Shown here in pieces: positions 45,006 through 56,148 of a stretch of 64,000 bases of DNA. Below the pieces are notes generated by a model that did not search any database, was not told the DNA's origin, and saw only the letters and a program-made list of their open reading frames with translations. The position numbers and the translations under genes are program-made. This DNA is from an uncultured cyanobacterium. Lineage in GTDB: Bacteria; Cyanobacteriota; Cyanobacteriia; Pseudanabaenales; Pseudanabaenaceae. How positions within the stretch are numbered: position 1 is the stretch's first letter; every line of letters begins with the position of its first letter. The DNA lies in assembly GCA_963703315.1 (NCBI GenBank), contig OY969811.1:480001-544000 (forward strand), read 5' to 3'.

Positions 45006-45563
45006 CTAAACGCCAGCAGTTAGACTGCTTTTTAGTCGGCGCAGTTGTCCACGAATGCTGGCATCTACTACTTGAGAACCAACTTTAATGATGACACCAC
45101 CAATTAAGTCAGAATTAATTGTGACATCAAATTCCACAGCCTTTGCGCCAGTCATCTTTTTGACTCGATCGCGTAAGTTATCTTCTTGCGCTCTACTCAG
45201 TTGCAAAGCAGAAGTGATTTCGGCAAGAGCAACGCCATCAATTACGCGCAATAGAGACTGAAAATGCTTGATGATATCGCCCAGAAACGCAATGCGTTTG
45301 CGGTCAACTAAGAGAAGTAAAAAGCTTTTGGTAAATGCATTTACTTGCGAACCAAAAACACTTTCAATTACGCCCTTTTTGACATTTGCGCCGATGAGGG
45401 GACTTGCAAATAGTTGAGATAATTCAACGGAGTCGCTAAGAGTTTCACCAATTAATCGCACATCTCTGGCGATCGCATCAAGACTATTTTGCTCCTGAGC
45501 CAAAGAGATCAAAGCGTCGGCGTAGGGAGCAACGACAGCTTGACTAACAGAACTAGATTTCAT
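45006..45563 (-). CDS. atpH: ATP synthase delta subunit (cyanobacterial name atpD)
   Basis: PYADAL, LLVDRKRI and LIGGVIIKVGSQVVDAS motifs; operon position. Confidence 0.96.
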   Translation of the reverse strand: MKSSSVSQAVVAPYADALISLAQEQNSLDAIARDVRLIGETLSDSVELSQLFASPLIGANVKKGVIESVFGSQVNAFTKSFLLLLVDRKRIAFLGDIIKHFQSLLRVIDGVALAEITSALQLSRAQEDNLRDRVKKMTGAKAVEFDVTINSDLIGGVIIKVGSQVVDASIRGQLRRLKSSLTAGV

Positions 45564-45571
45564 GTTTTCTC

Positions 45572-46105
45572 CTAGTCAGAACCCAAAAGTGCAATGCTAC
45601 GGTCAATTAATTCGATCTGCGTCGATTCGCTTAAACCACGATCAAAATAAGCTTGCACACTCGCAAGAGATTTCTCGGCAACTTGCTGACGCAACTGCAC
45701 GATTACTCTTTCTTGTTCGGTAGCAATTTCTTGATCAGCAGCTTCACGTAAGCGGGCAATATCGGCATCAACTGTAGCTAAAATTGCATCCGCCGCGTGT
45801 TTAGCATCGGCTTCTGCTTGTTTACGCAAGTTATCTGACTCAGTTTTTGCCTGAGCTAGTTTTTCTTGCTGTATCGCTAGCTTATCTGCCGCATCCTTTT
45901 GGCGCTTCTCTGCATCAGCGATCGCCGATTGGATCGATTCCAAACGCGCCGAGAGAATTTTGCCTAAGAAACCGCGACCTGCATAGATCAAAAGACCTAT
46001 AACTATAACTAAGTTAATCAGGTTAGTTTCCAGAATATCGGAGTTAATCCCGAATCCTGAATGTTCGGCTGCTTCACTTGCAAGTAAGACGAAATTTCTA
46101 ATCAT
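45572..46105 (-). CDS. atpF: ATP synthase Fo subunit b
   Basis: FGINSDILETNLINL, TM plus coiled coil. Confidence 0.96.
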   Translation of the reverse strand: MIRNFVLLASEAAEHSGFGINSDILETNLINLVIVIGLLIYAGRGFLGKILSARLESIQSAIADAEKRQKDAADKLAIQQEKLAQAKTESDNLRKQAEADAKHAADAILATVDADIARLREAADQEIATEQERVIVQLRQQVAEKSLASVQAYFDRGLSESTQIELIDRSIALLGSD

Positions 46106-46163
46106 AAACGTTATTTCTATTACCCAATATCAGCCAGACAGAAACTATCTAGGAGAATGTAAA

Positions 46164-46661
46164 CTAGGAGTTTACTAAGTTACCTAGTAATTTTTCTAGG
46201 ACTTGGCGACTGAGGGATTCTACTTCCGCGTCCAGAGATGCTGTCGCATCTTGTTTTTGCTTTTCGATTTCTGCTTTTGCTGTAGCAACTTTGGCTTGAG
46301 CCTCAGCGATCGCCGCATCAATGCGTTCTTTCCGAATCTTATTTGCTTCTGACTGAGCAGTGGTCAAAACGCTTTGAGTTGCTTTACGCGCAGCAGCAAG
46401 CTCCTGCTCATATTGTTTAACAACTAACTCAGCTTTTTCTAACCTTTCCTTAGCTCCGACAATCTGCTCTCTTACATAGTCATCACGATCATCGATCGCT
46501 TTGGTCAGAGGCTTAAAGAAAATAACGTTAAGAAGCGCTACAAAAACGACAAACTGCACCGCAATAATTGGAAGTGTGGCATTGATATCAAACAAGCCAC
46601 CTTTAGGCTCAGCCGCTTCCGCAGCAATGAGAACAGTTGAAAAAAGGTTCCAAATTGTCAT
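46164..46661 (-). CDS. atpG: ATP synthase Fo subunit b' (cyanobacterial atpG)
   Basis: GGLFDINATLP and FFKPL motifs, coiled coil. Confidence 0.95.
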   Translation of the reverse strand: MTIWNLFSTVLIAAEAAEPKGGLFDINATLPIIAVQFVVFVALLNVIFFKPLTKAIDDRDDYVREQIVGAKERLEKAELVVKQYEQELAAARKATQSVLTTAQSEANKIRKERIDAAIAEAQAKVATAKAEIEKQKQDATASLDAEVESLSRQVLEKLLGNLVNS

Positions 46662-46814
46662 AGGTTATGTTGTCTAAACAGCACTTTTGAGCGTGCTGTT
46701 ACACTAGGTTCGATTACTAAAGGCGATTATCCAGACGTACAAAGAAGCTAAGAATTAAGGGAAAATTAATCTTCCCCACTTAGCTTCTTTGTTACACTAG
46801 CCCATGAGAAATGT

Positions 46815-47078
<264 letters not shown>

Positions 47079-47150
47079 TTAGATTATTGTTAATTGGTTT
47101 ACATTTACGAGAGATTAATTAAGGAAGAAGTCTTCCCGAATCAACTGAGC

Positions 47151-47924
47151 TTAATGCTCATGCCCTTCATCACCATGTCCTTCCATCGCTTCACCGATGT
47201 ATGACGCTGCCAGAGTTGAGAAAATCAATGCTTGGATCGCACTGGTAAATAGTCCCAAAATCATTAATGGCAGGGGTACAAACAAAGGTACGAGGAGAAC
47301 CATAACCCCCACAACTAGCTCATCCGCAAGGATGTTTCCGAAAAGACGGAAGCTTAGCGAAAGGGGCTTTGTGAAATCTTCAAGAACCCATAAAGGAAGG
47401 AGAAAGGGAGAGGCTTGGACATATCTGGTGAAGTATTCCAAACCACGCTTGCTCAATCCAGCATAGAAATAGGCTAGGGAGACTAATAATGCTAGGGCGA
47501 TCGTGGTATTAATATCGCTTGTCGGGGCAGCAAGTTCGCCCTCTGGCAATTCGATTAATTTCCAAGGAACTAGCGCTCCTAACCAGTTAGAGGCAAATAT
47601 AAACAAGAATAGACTACCAACAAATGGTACCCATTCTCGATAATGCTTTTCGCCAATTTGGTCTTTTGCGATGCTCTGAACATACTCCAGAGCATATTCC
47701 ATGAAATTTTGAAAACCTGCGGGAACACGTTGGTCAGCTTTAGCGGTGCTAGATCCGATGAGTCCAGCAACAAGTACTGCACCCATTACAATCCAGCTAA
47801 CGATTAATACTTGACCATGTACCGTAAAGTTACCGAACTGCCAATAAAAGTGTTTGCCCACCTCTAGTGCGGCAAAACTAGTTTGATGGCTGCTTGCATA
47901 GCCAAAAGTTACTGGATCGATCAT
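47151..47924 (-). CDS. atpB: ATP synthase Fo subunit a (cyanobacterial name atpI)
   Basis: [17 protein letters not shown] and [18 protein letters not shown] motifs. Confidence 0.98.
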   Translation of the reverse strand: MIDPVTFGYASSHQTSFAALEVGKHFYWQFGNFTVHGQVLIVSWIVMGAVLVAGLIGSSTAKADQRVPAGFQNFMEYALEYVQSIAKDQIGEKHYREWVPFVGSLFLFIFASNWLGALVPWKLIELPEGELAAPTSDINTTIALALLVSLAYFYAGLSKRGLEYFTRYVQASPFLLPLWVLEDFTKPLSLSFRLFGNILADELVVGVMVLLVPLFVPLPLMILGLFTSAIQALIFSTLAASYIGEAMEGHGDEGHEH

Positions 47925-47987
47925 GTTCGATATGTTACAACCTATAGGAGGTCAAATCAGCGAGAATGGAACCCATCTGCTCAAATT

Positions 47988-48413
47988 TTAATTTTGAGTC
48001 AAATCTTGAGCAAGAATCACTAAAACAGCAACTTTATAGGTCATAAAGCCGAGGAACGCAGGTAATATTTCCAGTTGATCTGATTTGGCAGCGATCGCCA
48101 TCAGCAGCACAAATAGTCCAAGCCTTGAAAAGCCAAGACGATTTGATTCACTGCCCAAGCGATCAACTCCTTTGGTGAGCATTCGGAAATATACCGTACC
48201 AACCATTGCGCCTACAGCATAACTGAGCGCAATGCTCCATCCATACCAAGCCCACACCGCCAGACTGATAATGACTCCAGAGGCGAGGGTTAGTACTAAT
48301 AGCTTCACCTTTAAGCGGTTGTACTCTTCCATGCCATCAGTAACTGATGTGGATGAGTTTGCAACAACCGTTGTTGGCGAAACTGGACTGTTTTTTGCGG
48401 GAATAATCTTCAC
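47988..48413 (-). CDS. atp1: ATP synthase protein I (Atp1/UncI)
   Basis: MEEYNRLK, YFRML and FLGFMTYK motifs; first gene of the atp operon. Confidence 0.88.
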   Translation of the reverse strand: MKIIPAKNSPVSPTTVVANSSTSVTDGMEEYNRLKVKLLVLTLASGVIISLAVWAWYGWSIALSYAVGAMVGTVYFRMLTKGVDRLGSESNRLGFSRLGLFVLLMAIAAKSDQLEILPAFLGFMTYKVAVLVILAQDLTQN

Positions 48414-48790
48414 TGTTGACTTTTAGCTTAAATTGCTGAGCATTTGTGCTGATTATTTGAGTGAAGAACTAGCACTTGAGATCGTACTCAAAATGGGTAT
48501 CCAAAAACTTGGATGTAGCTGCCTACACCGTTGCTAAGCATATCACGCAAGATGTCACATTTGCTTTACAACTCTTTAACAAATAACTGTTTAGGTAAGT
48601 TGAGGGGAGGGTGAATTGCTTTCCTATACTTTTTAGCGGGTTACTTTTAATAGGTATTTCGTCTATATTGGGGTGCTAACATAACAAAAAGTTTTAGACT
48701 AATGCTTAAGAGTTTTTAAAAATTTTTCTTGAAAGATTTTTGAGGATTTTCCATATCCTAAGCAGTCACCTAAAACTTCATTAAATTTTT

Positions 48791-49432
48791 GTGAGCATCC
48801 AGAATTTGCAACTTATGTCCACACCTTTTGCTAAGCTCCGCTCGTTTCAGTTTGCGCTCCAAGCCGCCGTCTTGTCGATGATTTCCTCTGCGGCTTTGTT
48901 GCCTTTAGGGGCGATCGCGCCAAATGCTGTTTCGGCACAGCAACTTCAAGCCCAAAAGCCAGTTACTTCCCCGCAATCTCAGCCTATAGAGTCTACTAAA
49001 CCAAATTCTCTTGAGAGTAGTGTATTTAGTATTTCGGGTGGACAACGATTGATGTCGGAGTCGATGACCGCAATTAGTCAACAGAATTATGATCAAGCTG
49101 TGACCAAGTTGCAGGATGCTCGTCAAGTATTTAATCAATTATCTAATTTTTATCAGGAATTAACCACTAGTTTTTCGGGTATTGACAATCGTATTTCCGA
49201 TAGTCATCGCCGTAAAGCTCTGCAAACTGCACAGTTGCGGGATGAGGCAACTTATCAGCTTGCGGTGGTCTATCGTGCTAAAAATCAGCCTGAACTAGCA
49301 GTGCCTTTGTTAATTCAGTTGATTCGCAGTCAAGCGCCAACCCGTGATCTGGGTTCACAAGCCTATCAGCAGTTGTTTGAACTAGGTTTTGTTGAAGTTC
49401 CGTATGCACGCCCAAGCGCTGCTACACCATAG
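48791..49432 (+). CDS. Exported TPR-like hypothetical protein
   Basis: Signal-like N-terminus; ARQVFNQLSNFYQEL, RDEATYQLA and AYQQLFELGF helices. Confidence 0.8.
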   Translation: MSIQNLQLMSTPFAKLRSFQFALQAAVLSMISSAALLPLGAIAPNAVSAQQLQAQKPVTSPQSQPIESTKPNSLESSVFSISGGQRLMSESMTAISQQNYDQAVTKLQDARQVFNQLSNFYQELTTSFSGIDNRISDSHRRKALQTAQLRDEATYQLAVVYRAKNQPELAVPLLIQLIRSQAPTRDLGSQAYQQLFELGFVEVPYARPSAATP

Positions 49433-49468
49433 ATAAAGGGCGATGCAAAGCATCGCCTTTTATCTATG
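49428..49468. repeat. Palindrome overlapping the upstream stop codon
   Basis: catagataaagggcgatgc aaa gcatcgccttttatctatg. Confidence 0.8.
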
Positions 49469-49584
49469 GCTGTTGCCAAGTGTACTAGGACATAAAACCC
49501 AAGAATTGATTGGCGGCGCTCCGCGCCGTCAATCAATTCTTGGGTTTTGATTTGTTTGTCTTAAGACAAGTGACTGTATCTATA
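49465..49584. mobile_element. Degenerate TATAGC-shell MITE-like element
   Basis: tatggctgttgcca ... aaaacccaagaattgattggcggcgc tcc gcgccgtcaatcaattcttgggtttt ... ctata. Confidence 0.65.
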
Positions 49585-49667
49585 TACAAATTTTATCTAT
49601 TGATTAAGGTGAGTTGAGAGCGTCTGTGGGCATAGTATATAAGGACTTCTCTTGAGAAACTCTGGTC

Positions 49668-49770
49668 ATACCAATTCACAAAAGTGTTGTTACACTTTTG
49701 TGAATTAAAAATCAAACCCAGTAAAGGTTTTCAAAACTAAAAATGGCGTAGCCATTTTTAGTTTTGGTAT
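49668..49770. repeat. 103-bp double-hairpin element, copy B (inverted relative to A)
   Basis: ataccaattcacaaaagtgttg...gccatttttagttttggtat. Confidence 0.9.
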
Positions 49771-49840
49771 CACAATTGTTTTGATGGATTCGACAGTCTA
49801 AGTTCTTAACTTTTTCAGCTAATTAACACTACGAAGCGTT

Positions 49841-50302
49841 ATGAAATTTTCCCTACTCCAAGTTTTGTCATCACCCCTATTCAAAGTGGTGGGATGTTTA
49901 GGTTCAATTGTTGCGTCCGCTAGTTTTATGACTGTGATCGAGCCTGCCCAAGCACAGTTACAGGTTTGTAATCGTTCTAACAAGACTGCTTATATTGCAG
50001 TTGGCTATGGTGTTGGGAACGATAAATGGCGCTCTGAAGGGTGGTTTGAAATTACTCCTCGCCAATGTGAAGTAGTAGTGGAGACTGCTTTAACTTCTGG
50101 GGACTACTACTATCTTTATGGTGGCGATCGCGGGGATAACTGGGTATGGGAAGGTACAACTGGTCAAAATTTTTGCGTACATCCCACTGATAAGTTTAAT
50201 TACGTTGCTACTGGTGAGGGATGCGGTCGAAATGGCTCTGAGTTACGCCCATTTTTTGAAGTGCAAGTAGACAGTAGTAATTACACGATGAATTTAAGAT
50301 AA
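49841..50302 (+). CDS. DUF1036 family secreted protein
   Basis: AQAQLQVCNRS, AVGY, WRSEGW, YYYLYG, FCV and F.EV motifs. Confidence 0.85.
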   Translation: MKFSLLQVLSSPLFKVVGCLGSIVASASFMTVIEPAQAQLQVCNRSNKTAYIAVGYGVGNDKWRSEGWFEITPRQCEVVVETALTSGDYYYLYGGDRGDNWVWEGTTGQNFCVHPTDKFNYVATGEGCGRNGSELRPFFEVQVDSSNYTMNLR

Positions 50303-50327
50303 CTACTTTCTAACTTGTCCTTCCCAA

Positions 50328-50376
50328 TCAATAATTTAGTGGTGCGCGGCTTTGCCGCGCACCACTAAATTATTGA
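50328..50376. repeat. Perfect palindrome, possible bidirectional terminator
   Basis: tcaataatttagtggtgcgcggc ttt gccgcgcaccactaaattattga. Confidence 0.88.
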
Positions 50377-50384
50377 ATAGTCAT

Positions 50385-52046
50385 TTATTGAGATTTTGCC
50401 CACCAAGCTAACCCATAGCGTTGACTTGGTGAATTTTTTTTGGGAGATTTAAAGACAACTCGGAGCTTGTATTTGTCTGTAGTGGGGATTTTGATAAAGA
50501 TATGCTGTAAGTTGTCTACCTGACTAACTGATGACCAGATACTTTGCGAAATATCGGTATCTAGCGATCGCATTAAGTACAACTCAATTTGATTAAAGCC
50601 CTCATCGGTAAAGCTTTCGCCAATATCAAATAGTCCATTCCCATTTTTATCGTTGAGCTTGACTTGACGATCCCAAGCTAAGGTTGCCGAGATAAAGCTA
50701 TCAGCTTCTAAGGGATTGGTAAAAATATAGTCTTGATATTTATCGACTTCGATGAAATTAGTATCCCAGCCGATCACCGCAATATTAGCTGAGCCGTTAA
50801 GCGGTGATTGTTGTCCTGCTTGATATTGCTGAAAAGCACGATAGGCATCGAGTTGTCCCGCACCGAGATTGCGGCTGAGGGGAATTGTGCGATTTGTATA
50901 AGCCTCAGTATCGATCCATGTTTTACCAAAAGCATCAAGAATGGTTTTGGACATCCCCAAAATCTTGCCATCGCCACGATCTTGGATTTTGTCAGCAGAA
51001 TTGATTAATACGGCTTTCATTAATTCATGGCGGCGGGCATCAATATTCCACTGACCAGTTTCGATTTGGCGATTGGCATATTCATGTAACAGGGCGATCG
51101 TTCCAACTACATGAGGAGCCGCAAAGCTAGAACCATTAGCATTTTTGAATTTACTTTGTAAGGTGGGGAGTTTGAGATTGTTCCCGGGGGCAAGTAAACC
51201 CAGCGATCGCCTACCATTGATCGGACTTTCTACCCCTGCTGTCCATTTACCATCTTTATTGAGGTCACTGAATACTTCACCAAGATCATATTTGCCATTG
51301 CTATTGCGATCGATAAATGGTTCGTCAATGAGATTACCGCGATCGAGTTGCCGATAAACGCCATTGACTTCACGGGTAAAGCCCACCGTAAAGCCGTTAT
51401 AGAGGTCAGTCGGAATGGGAATGCCGCCTTTGCCTTGATTGCCTGCAACTATAGGCAAAGTGTTATGAGTGGAGGCAATCCAATCAACGCAGAGGGTCAG
51501 TAAGGCATCGCCATCAAGTTTGGCATTAGGACGTGGATCTTCGCTGAGTAGTTCGCCAAAGCTAAAGTTGATCGCTCGAACGGTGCTGTTATATTGGCGA
51601 GCAATATGCTGAGCCGCGATACAAGCTTCAGGCTGACCATCTTGACGGCGTTGGGAATAGGCAGATGAAAGCAGTTTTGCATCGGGGGCAACTCCCCGAT
51701 TAATCTTATGTTGACTGATGATCACTGCGGCGACTTGAGCCGAGTGATCATCGACATTTTTGTTAGGGATGGCTTTTTTGTCTCTAAAAAAAACTTCGTA
51801 GGGTTGGACGATCGCCCGATCAAGTTGTAAAAGTTTATTCGTAATTTTATCTACGGCAAAGCGACTAGGACGGCTTAGCTCAACTTGCCCGATGAATATC
51901 TCTTTGCCAGTAAGGTTATATGGTGGTCTTTGTAAAGTACGTGCATCAATGCCTTGGCGATCGGCTGATTTTTCTAGCGCCCACCCTGTGGGACTAGTAG
52001 AAATATTGAGCAAAATTAAACCGACAAACCAACCGAACCTACGCAT
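50385..52046 (-). CDS. Secreted subtilisin-like S8 serine peptidase
   Basis: DDHSAQVA (His), VAGN (oxyanion), GSSFAAPHVVG (Ser), KAVLINSA and ATLAW motifs. Confidence 0.9.
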   Translation of the reverse strand: MRRFGWFVGLILLNISTSPTGWALEKSADRQGIDARTLQRPPYNLTGKEIFIGQVELSRPSRFAVDKITNKLLQLDRAIVQPYEVFFRDKKAIPNKNVDDHSAQVAAVIISQHKINRGVAPDAKLLSSAYSQRRQDGQPEACIAAQHIARQYNSTVRAINFSFGELLSEDPRPNAKLDGDALLTLCVDWIASTHNTLPIVAGNQGKGGIPIPTDLYNGFTVGFTREVNGVYRQLDRGNLIDEPFIDRNSNGKYDLGEVFSDLNKDGKWTAGVESPINGRRSLGLLAPGNNLKLPTLQSKFKNANGSSFAAPHVVGTIALLHEYANRQIETGQWNIDARRHELMKAVLINSADKIQDRGDGKILGMSKTILDAFGKTWIDTEAYTNRTIPLSRNLGAGQLDAYRAFQQYQAGQQSPLNGSANIAVIGWDTNFIEVDKYQDYIFTNPLEADSFISATLAWDRQVKLNDKNGNGLFDIGESFTDEGFNQIELYLMRSLDTDISQSIWSSVSQVDNLQHIFIKIPTTDKYKLRVVFKSPKKNSPSQRYGLAWWAKSQ

Positions 52047-52141
52047 TTATTTTTATACCTAATAAAGTTTCGCAATTCTAAAAACGATACTGCCATTTTT
52101 AGAATTGCTATTACTAGGATAGTCAAAAAATAAAGAACCAG

Positions 52142-52178
52142 ATTTTATGAGGCGCGGCGGAGCCGCGCCTCATAAAAT
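52142..52178. repeat. Perfect palindrome
   Basis: attttatgaggcgcggc gga gccgcgcctcataaaat. Confidence 0.85.
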
Positions 52179-54142
52179 TACAGGTTTTCTGCCAAACTAG
52201 TTGGTCGAAGTTGGGCAGTTTTGTGATTGACATCAAGTACTCGATAAACTCCTGTTTCTTGAGTTTTACCCTTGAGGGCATATTTGCCAACAAACTCAGT
52301 CTGGAAATTATTCTCTAATCGTTGATTGGTGTCTTCGCTAATCAAAATATGATGGGGACCACCATCTACTTCTTTATTAAAGCTTTCTAATCGCGCCGCA
52401 ATATTGACAATATCGCCCAAAACTGAATATTCCAAACGCTCAGCACTACCCAAACTGCCTGCAATCACAATGCCAGAATTAATACCAATACCAGTCGTGA
52501 CAGGTGGTAAACCCTGCGATACCCAGATATCATTCATTTGCTCTAATTTACGGGCGATCGCTAAAGCGGCATCGACAGCAGATTGAGCATCACGAGTACG
52601 CTCTCTCTCATTGCTATGGGGAATGGGTACACCAAAAACTGCCATGACTGCATCACCAATATATTTATCCACCATGCCACCATGCGCTAAAACTTCATTG
52701 GCGATCGTGCCTAAATAATTATTTAACCAATTCAAAGTTTCCCCCGGAGCTTGGGCTTCCGCCGCCGTACTAAAATTTCGCATATCGGTAAACAAGACGG
52801 TTACATATACCTCTTGCCCAACAATGCGCCCCTCTTCCATAAATTGCTCACGATTTGCCCAAATGATATCTGCTAATTCTTTGGAAACATGGCTCGAAAA
52901 TAACTTCATCAGCAATTTGCGTTCTGATTGATGAACTGCAAGCTGATAAACCATAACTAGCACATTTGCGGTAATGAAACCCAATAGCGATGGCAAGATT
53001 GGTATCCATAGGGCTTGAGCAAAGGCAAAATAACTAGTGCTGACTAATGCGATCGCGAGGATCGTTAACAGACCAATATTTTTAAAAACATTGGGAATGA
53101 ATGCGGCAAGCAACCCACCGATGACAGTCCAGACAATAATCCAGAGGTTTTCAAGATCATTTGACCAAACTTGAATAAATTTGCGATCGTCTAACGTGGC
53201 GCTGATTAGTTGACTGACAATATTGGCATGGATTTCCACGCCATACATGACTTCTTCCTCGACGGTGACAGGCGTGGGGTAGCTATCTTTGAGGCTCTCA
53301 GCAGTAACACCGATGAGAACTACGCGATCGCGAAATTGCTCAGGAGCAATCCGCCCTTCTAGCACATCACTAAACTGGATATGCTGAAAGGAGCGTGGTT
53401 TGCCACGATAGCGAATCATCATTTGATAGCCGCTATCATCCTCTTTACGATATGCACCATAATTAGCCGTTAGCCTCGGAATAATCTGCTTTCCTGCCGT
53501 AAACTGAATCGCACTTGGATTAAATTCAATTTGCTTATTATGGATCTTTTGTAAATACCAGTTCGCAATTTCAAAGGCAAAGGAACCAGTATCACCAACT
53601 ACAGAAGCACGCCGCACGATCGCGCCTTTATCAGTCAGCAGATTGACATAGCCATAACGACTAACTTTTTCAAGATCGCTAGCAGGTTCGACGCTACTGC
53701 GACCTTCTACCGTTGCCACAAACTTAGCATTAACCACATTACCTGCATTTTTAATCGCGGTAACTAATTCATTACGTCCTTCAAATACAGGGATATCGAG
53801 ATATTTATCAATACCAATCACAGCAGGTTTAGCTGCGGAAATTTGATTAATGAGTTTAGCAAATAGCCGATCGCTAAAGGGCCAGGGTATTTTTTGACCA
53901 CGCAGTTTTTGAATATCTGCTTCTGCAATTTCGACTATGACTACACGGTGATCGCTGGGTTCATTGAGTTGCGATCGCATTAAACTGTCATAAGACCAAA
54001 GTTCAATTTGCTTAAAAGTGCCATTTTCTCTTAATCCTAATACTCCTAAGGAAAGTGAAAAGGTAATTAATCCAGCAACTAGGGTCTGATGATTGCGTTT
54101 ACAAAACGCCCCAAAATTAATTAAAGAGGAAGGGAGTTTCAT
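52178..54142 (-). CDS. CHASE2-domain class III adenylate cyclase
   Basis: CHASE2 (WPFSD, D.GAIVRR, YGVEIHA), three TM segments, VLFTDMRNFS, DKYIGDAVMA and GDIVNIAARLE motifs. Confidence 0.93.
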   Translation of the reverse strand: MKLPSSLINFGAFCKRNHQTLVAGLITFSLSLGVLGLRENGTFKQIELWSYDSLMRSQLNEPSDHRVVIVEIAEADIQKLRGQKIPWPFSDRLFAKLINQISAAKPAVIGIDKYLDIPVFEGRNELVTAIKNAGNVVNAKFVATVEGRSSVEPASDLEKVSRYGYVNLLTDKGAIVRRASVVGDTGSFAFEIANWYLQKIHNKQIEFNPSAIQFTAGKQIIPRLTANYGAYRKEDDSGYQMMIRYRGKPRSFQHIQFSDVLEGRIAPEQFRDRVVLIGVTAESLKDSYPTPVTVEEEVMYGVEIHANIVSQLISATLDDRKFIQVWSNDLENLWIIVWTVIGGLLAAFIPNVFKNIGLLTILAIALVSTSYFAFAQALWIPILPSLLGFITANVLVMVYQLAVHQSERKLLMKLFSSHVSKELADIIWANREQFMEEGRIVGQEVYVTVLFTDMRNFSTAAEAQAPGETLNWLNNYLGTIANEVLAHGGMVDKYIGDAVMAVFGVPIPHSNERERTRDAQSAVDAALAIARKLEQMNDIWVSQGLPPVTTGIGINSGIVIAGSLGSAERLEYSVLGDIVNIAARLESFNKEVDGGPHHILISEDTNQRLENNFQTEFVGKYALKGKTQETGVYRVLDVNHKTAQLRPTSLAENL

Positions 54143-54342
54143 TGCAGTTGCCGATATGAAAAATGCTTTATGTGGATGAATTCGTAAAAAGTGGATGGAG
54201 CAAGGACGTTATATCTACAACAATAGCAACTGAACTTGATCATTAAAACAGTTCACTTTTCCTCACAAGTCAGTACAAATTAGTATGAGCGATCGCAGTT
54301 TTGTGTCTTTGAAAACTCTAAAACAAAAGTCTGTTTGACTTC

Positions 54343-54434
54343 TATAGCTGCTGACATTTGCCCAAATCCAGACAGCGAGTGGCGGCGCTTCGCGCCGCCA
54401 CTCGCTGTCTGGATTTAGACTGGCGACAACTATG
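54343..54434. mobile_element. MITE-like TATAGCTG-shell element
   Basis: tatagctg ... aaatccagacagcgagtggcggcgc ttc gcgccgccactcgctgtctggattt ... tggcgacaactat. Confidence 0.7.
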
Positions 54435-54496
54435 ATCTAACTGTATCCATCTATGGTCATACATCAGCGAAATAGCGCGATTTCCAAGATATTCTG

Positions 54497-54548
54497 TCAA
54501 CAAAAAAGCAAGAGACAATATACATATTGTCTCTTGCTTTTTTGTTGA
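54497..54548 (-). terminator. Long hairpin downstream of gap2
   Basis: tcaacaaaaaagcaagagacaatat ac atattgtctcttgcttttttgttga. Confidence 0.75.
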
Positions 54549-54602
54549 ATTTTAAGATTAGGTTTTACTGTGTACGTCCCTATCTCAGAAATAAATTGGA
54601 GG

Positions 54603-55616
54603 TTATTTCCAGTTCTTAGCGACTACTTCTGCTAGATCGACAACACGTTGGCTATAACCCCATTCGTTGTCATACCAAGCTACAACCTTAACCATATTGC
54701 CGCCCATTACCATTGTCAAAGAAGAGTCAACAATGGAAGAAGCATCAGTACCGCGATAGTCGATCGATACTAGAGGCAATTCGTTATATTCCAAAATACC
54801 CTTCAGTGAGCCTTCAGCAGCAGCACGGAAAGCTTCGTTGACTTCTTGAGCGATCGTTTTCTTTTCAACTTCTACAACAAAGTCAACCACCGATACGTTA
54901 GGGGTTGGTACACGCAAAGCAATACCGTTAAGTTTGCCAGCTAGTTGAGGTAATACCAAGGCAACTGCCTTGGCTGCACCTGTGGAAGTTGGTACAATGC
55001 TCAAAGCGGCGGCTCTAGCACGACGCAAATCACGATGGCTAGCATCTAGCAAGCGTTGGTCACCTGTGTAGCTGTGAGTGGTAGTCATCACGCCTTTGAC
55101 AATGCCAAAGTTTTCCAGAATTACCTTAGCTACAGGCGCTAGACAGTTGGTAGTACAACTAGCATTACTGATGATGTTGTGAATGTCGTGGTTGTAATCT
55201 TTTTCGTTAACACCAACGACAAAGGTGCCATCTTCATTTTTACCGGGGGCGGTGATTAAAACTTTCTTTGCACCTGCGCCAATATGTCTGCCAGCACCAA
55301 CCTTGTCGATAAATACGCCTGTAGACTCGATCACTAGATCGATGCCCCAATCTTTCCAAGGTAGGTTGTCAGGATTGCGATCGGATACAGTCTTAAGTCT
55401 GTGACCATTGACTGTAATCGTATCGTCATCAGCACTCACTTCACCGCTAAATTTACCAAGCATGGAGTCATACTTCAGTAAGTGAGCATTAGTCCTTGGA
55501 TCAGATGTATCGTTAAGTCCAACTACTTCTATGTTTGTTTCTGTGCGACCAGCCCAGCATCTGAGAAAGTTACGTCCGATGCGTCCAAATCCGTTAATCG
55601 CTACCCTGATAGTCAC
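54603..55616 (-). CDS. gap2: Glyceraldehyde-3-phosphate dehydrogenase, NAD(P)-dependent Calvin-cycle type
   Basis: [40 protein letters not shown] and WYDNEWGYS motifs. Confidence 0.95.
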   Translation of the reverse strand: MTIRVAINGFGRIGRNFLRCWAGRTETNIEVVGLNDTSDPRTNAHLLKYDSMLGKFSGEVSADDDTITVNGHRLKTVSDRNPDNLPWKDWGIDLVIESTGVFIDKVGAGRHIGAGAKKVLITAPGKNEDGTFVVGVNEKDYNHDIHNIISNASCTTNCLAPVAKVILENFGIVKGVMTTTHSYTGDQRLLDASHRDLRRARAAALSIVPTSTGAAKAVALVLPQLAGKLNGIALRVPTPNVSVVDFVVEVEKKTIAQEVNEAFRAAAEGSLKGILEYNELPLVSIDYRGTDASSIVDSSLTMVMGGNMVKVVAWYDNEWGYSQRVVDLAEVVAKNWK

Positions 55617-56005
55617 TGCTATTATTGCCCTTTATATAAATTTAACTTTTAACTTTAATCTGATGCTTATGATACCGAAAAACCGTACCTAATTTATTTG
55701 CTGTTCCAGTAAAAATTTTAATGAAATTTGCGGGCAACCACATAAAATTCGTTTGGCTTTTGTTTTTAGTCATCTTTTAAAGTGGCGATCGCATCTCACG
55801 ATTAGTTACGCTAAATCTAATTCTCTGTTTTGTTCCTAGATAGCCAATCAGAGTCACCAAGAAACTCGCCAAGACGTAACCCATTAGATTTTTGCCATAG
55901 CTCTCTCAGAATCATCTGGCAAAGAGATATTTAATCTGGTTTCTAAGTCTTTTAAGGATCTGGTGATCGGCGGGACAATGCTTCAGTAAATTCTTAGTCT
56001 TGAGT

Positions 56006-56080
56006 ATGCAGCTAGAAGATCTAAAACCTTGTGACGTATGCTGCGCGTGCGTCACAAGGTTTTAGATCTTCTAGCTGCAT
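56006..56080. repeat. Long palindrome, 36-bp arms
   Basis: atgcagctagaagatctaaaaccttgtgacgtatgc tgc gcgtgcgtcacaaggttttagatcttctagctgcat. Confidence 0.9.
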
Positions 56081-56148
56081 TTTTTGACATAAGAAGCCAG
56101 AAAAAATCGTTTAAAATAAGTAATACCGCAATCATTTTGGTAGCACCT

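Noticed and set aside
48552..48582. Possible RpaB (HLR1) or NtcA site upstream of atp1; also a GTA-N6-TAC near 32417
   Set aside because: Spacing and sequence do not match the consensus well enough to support a call.
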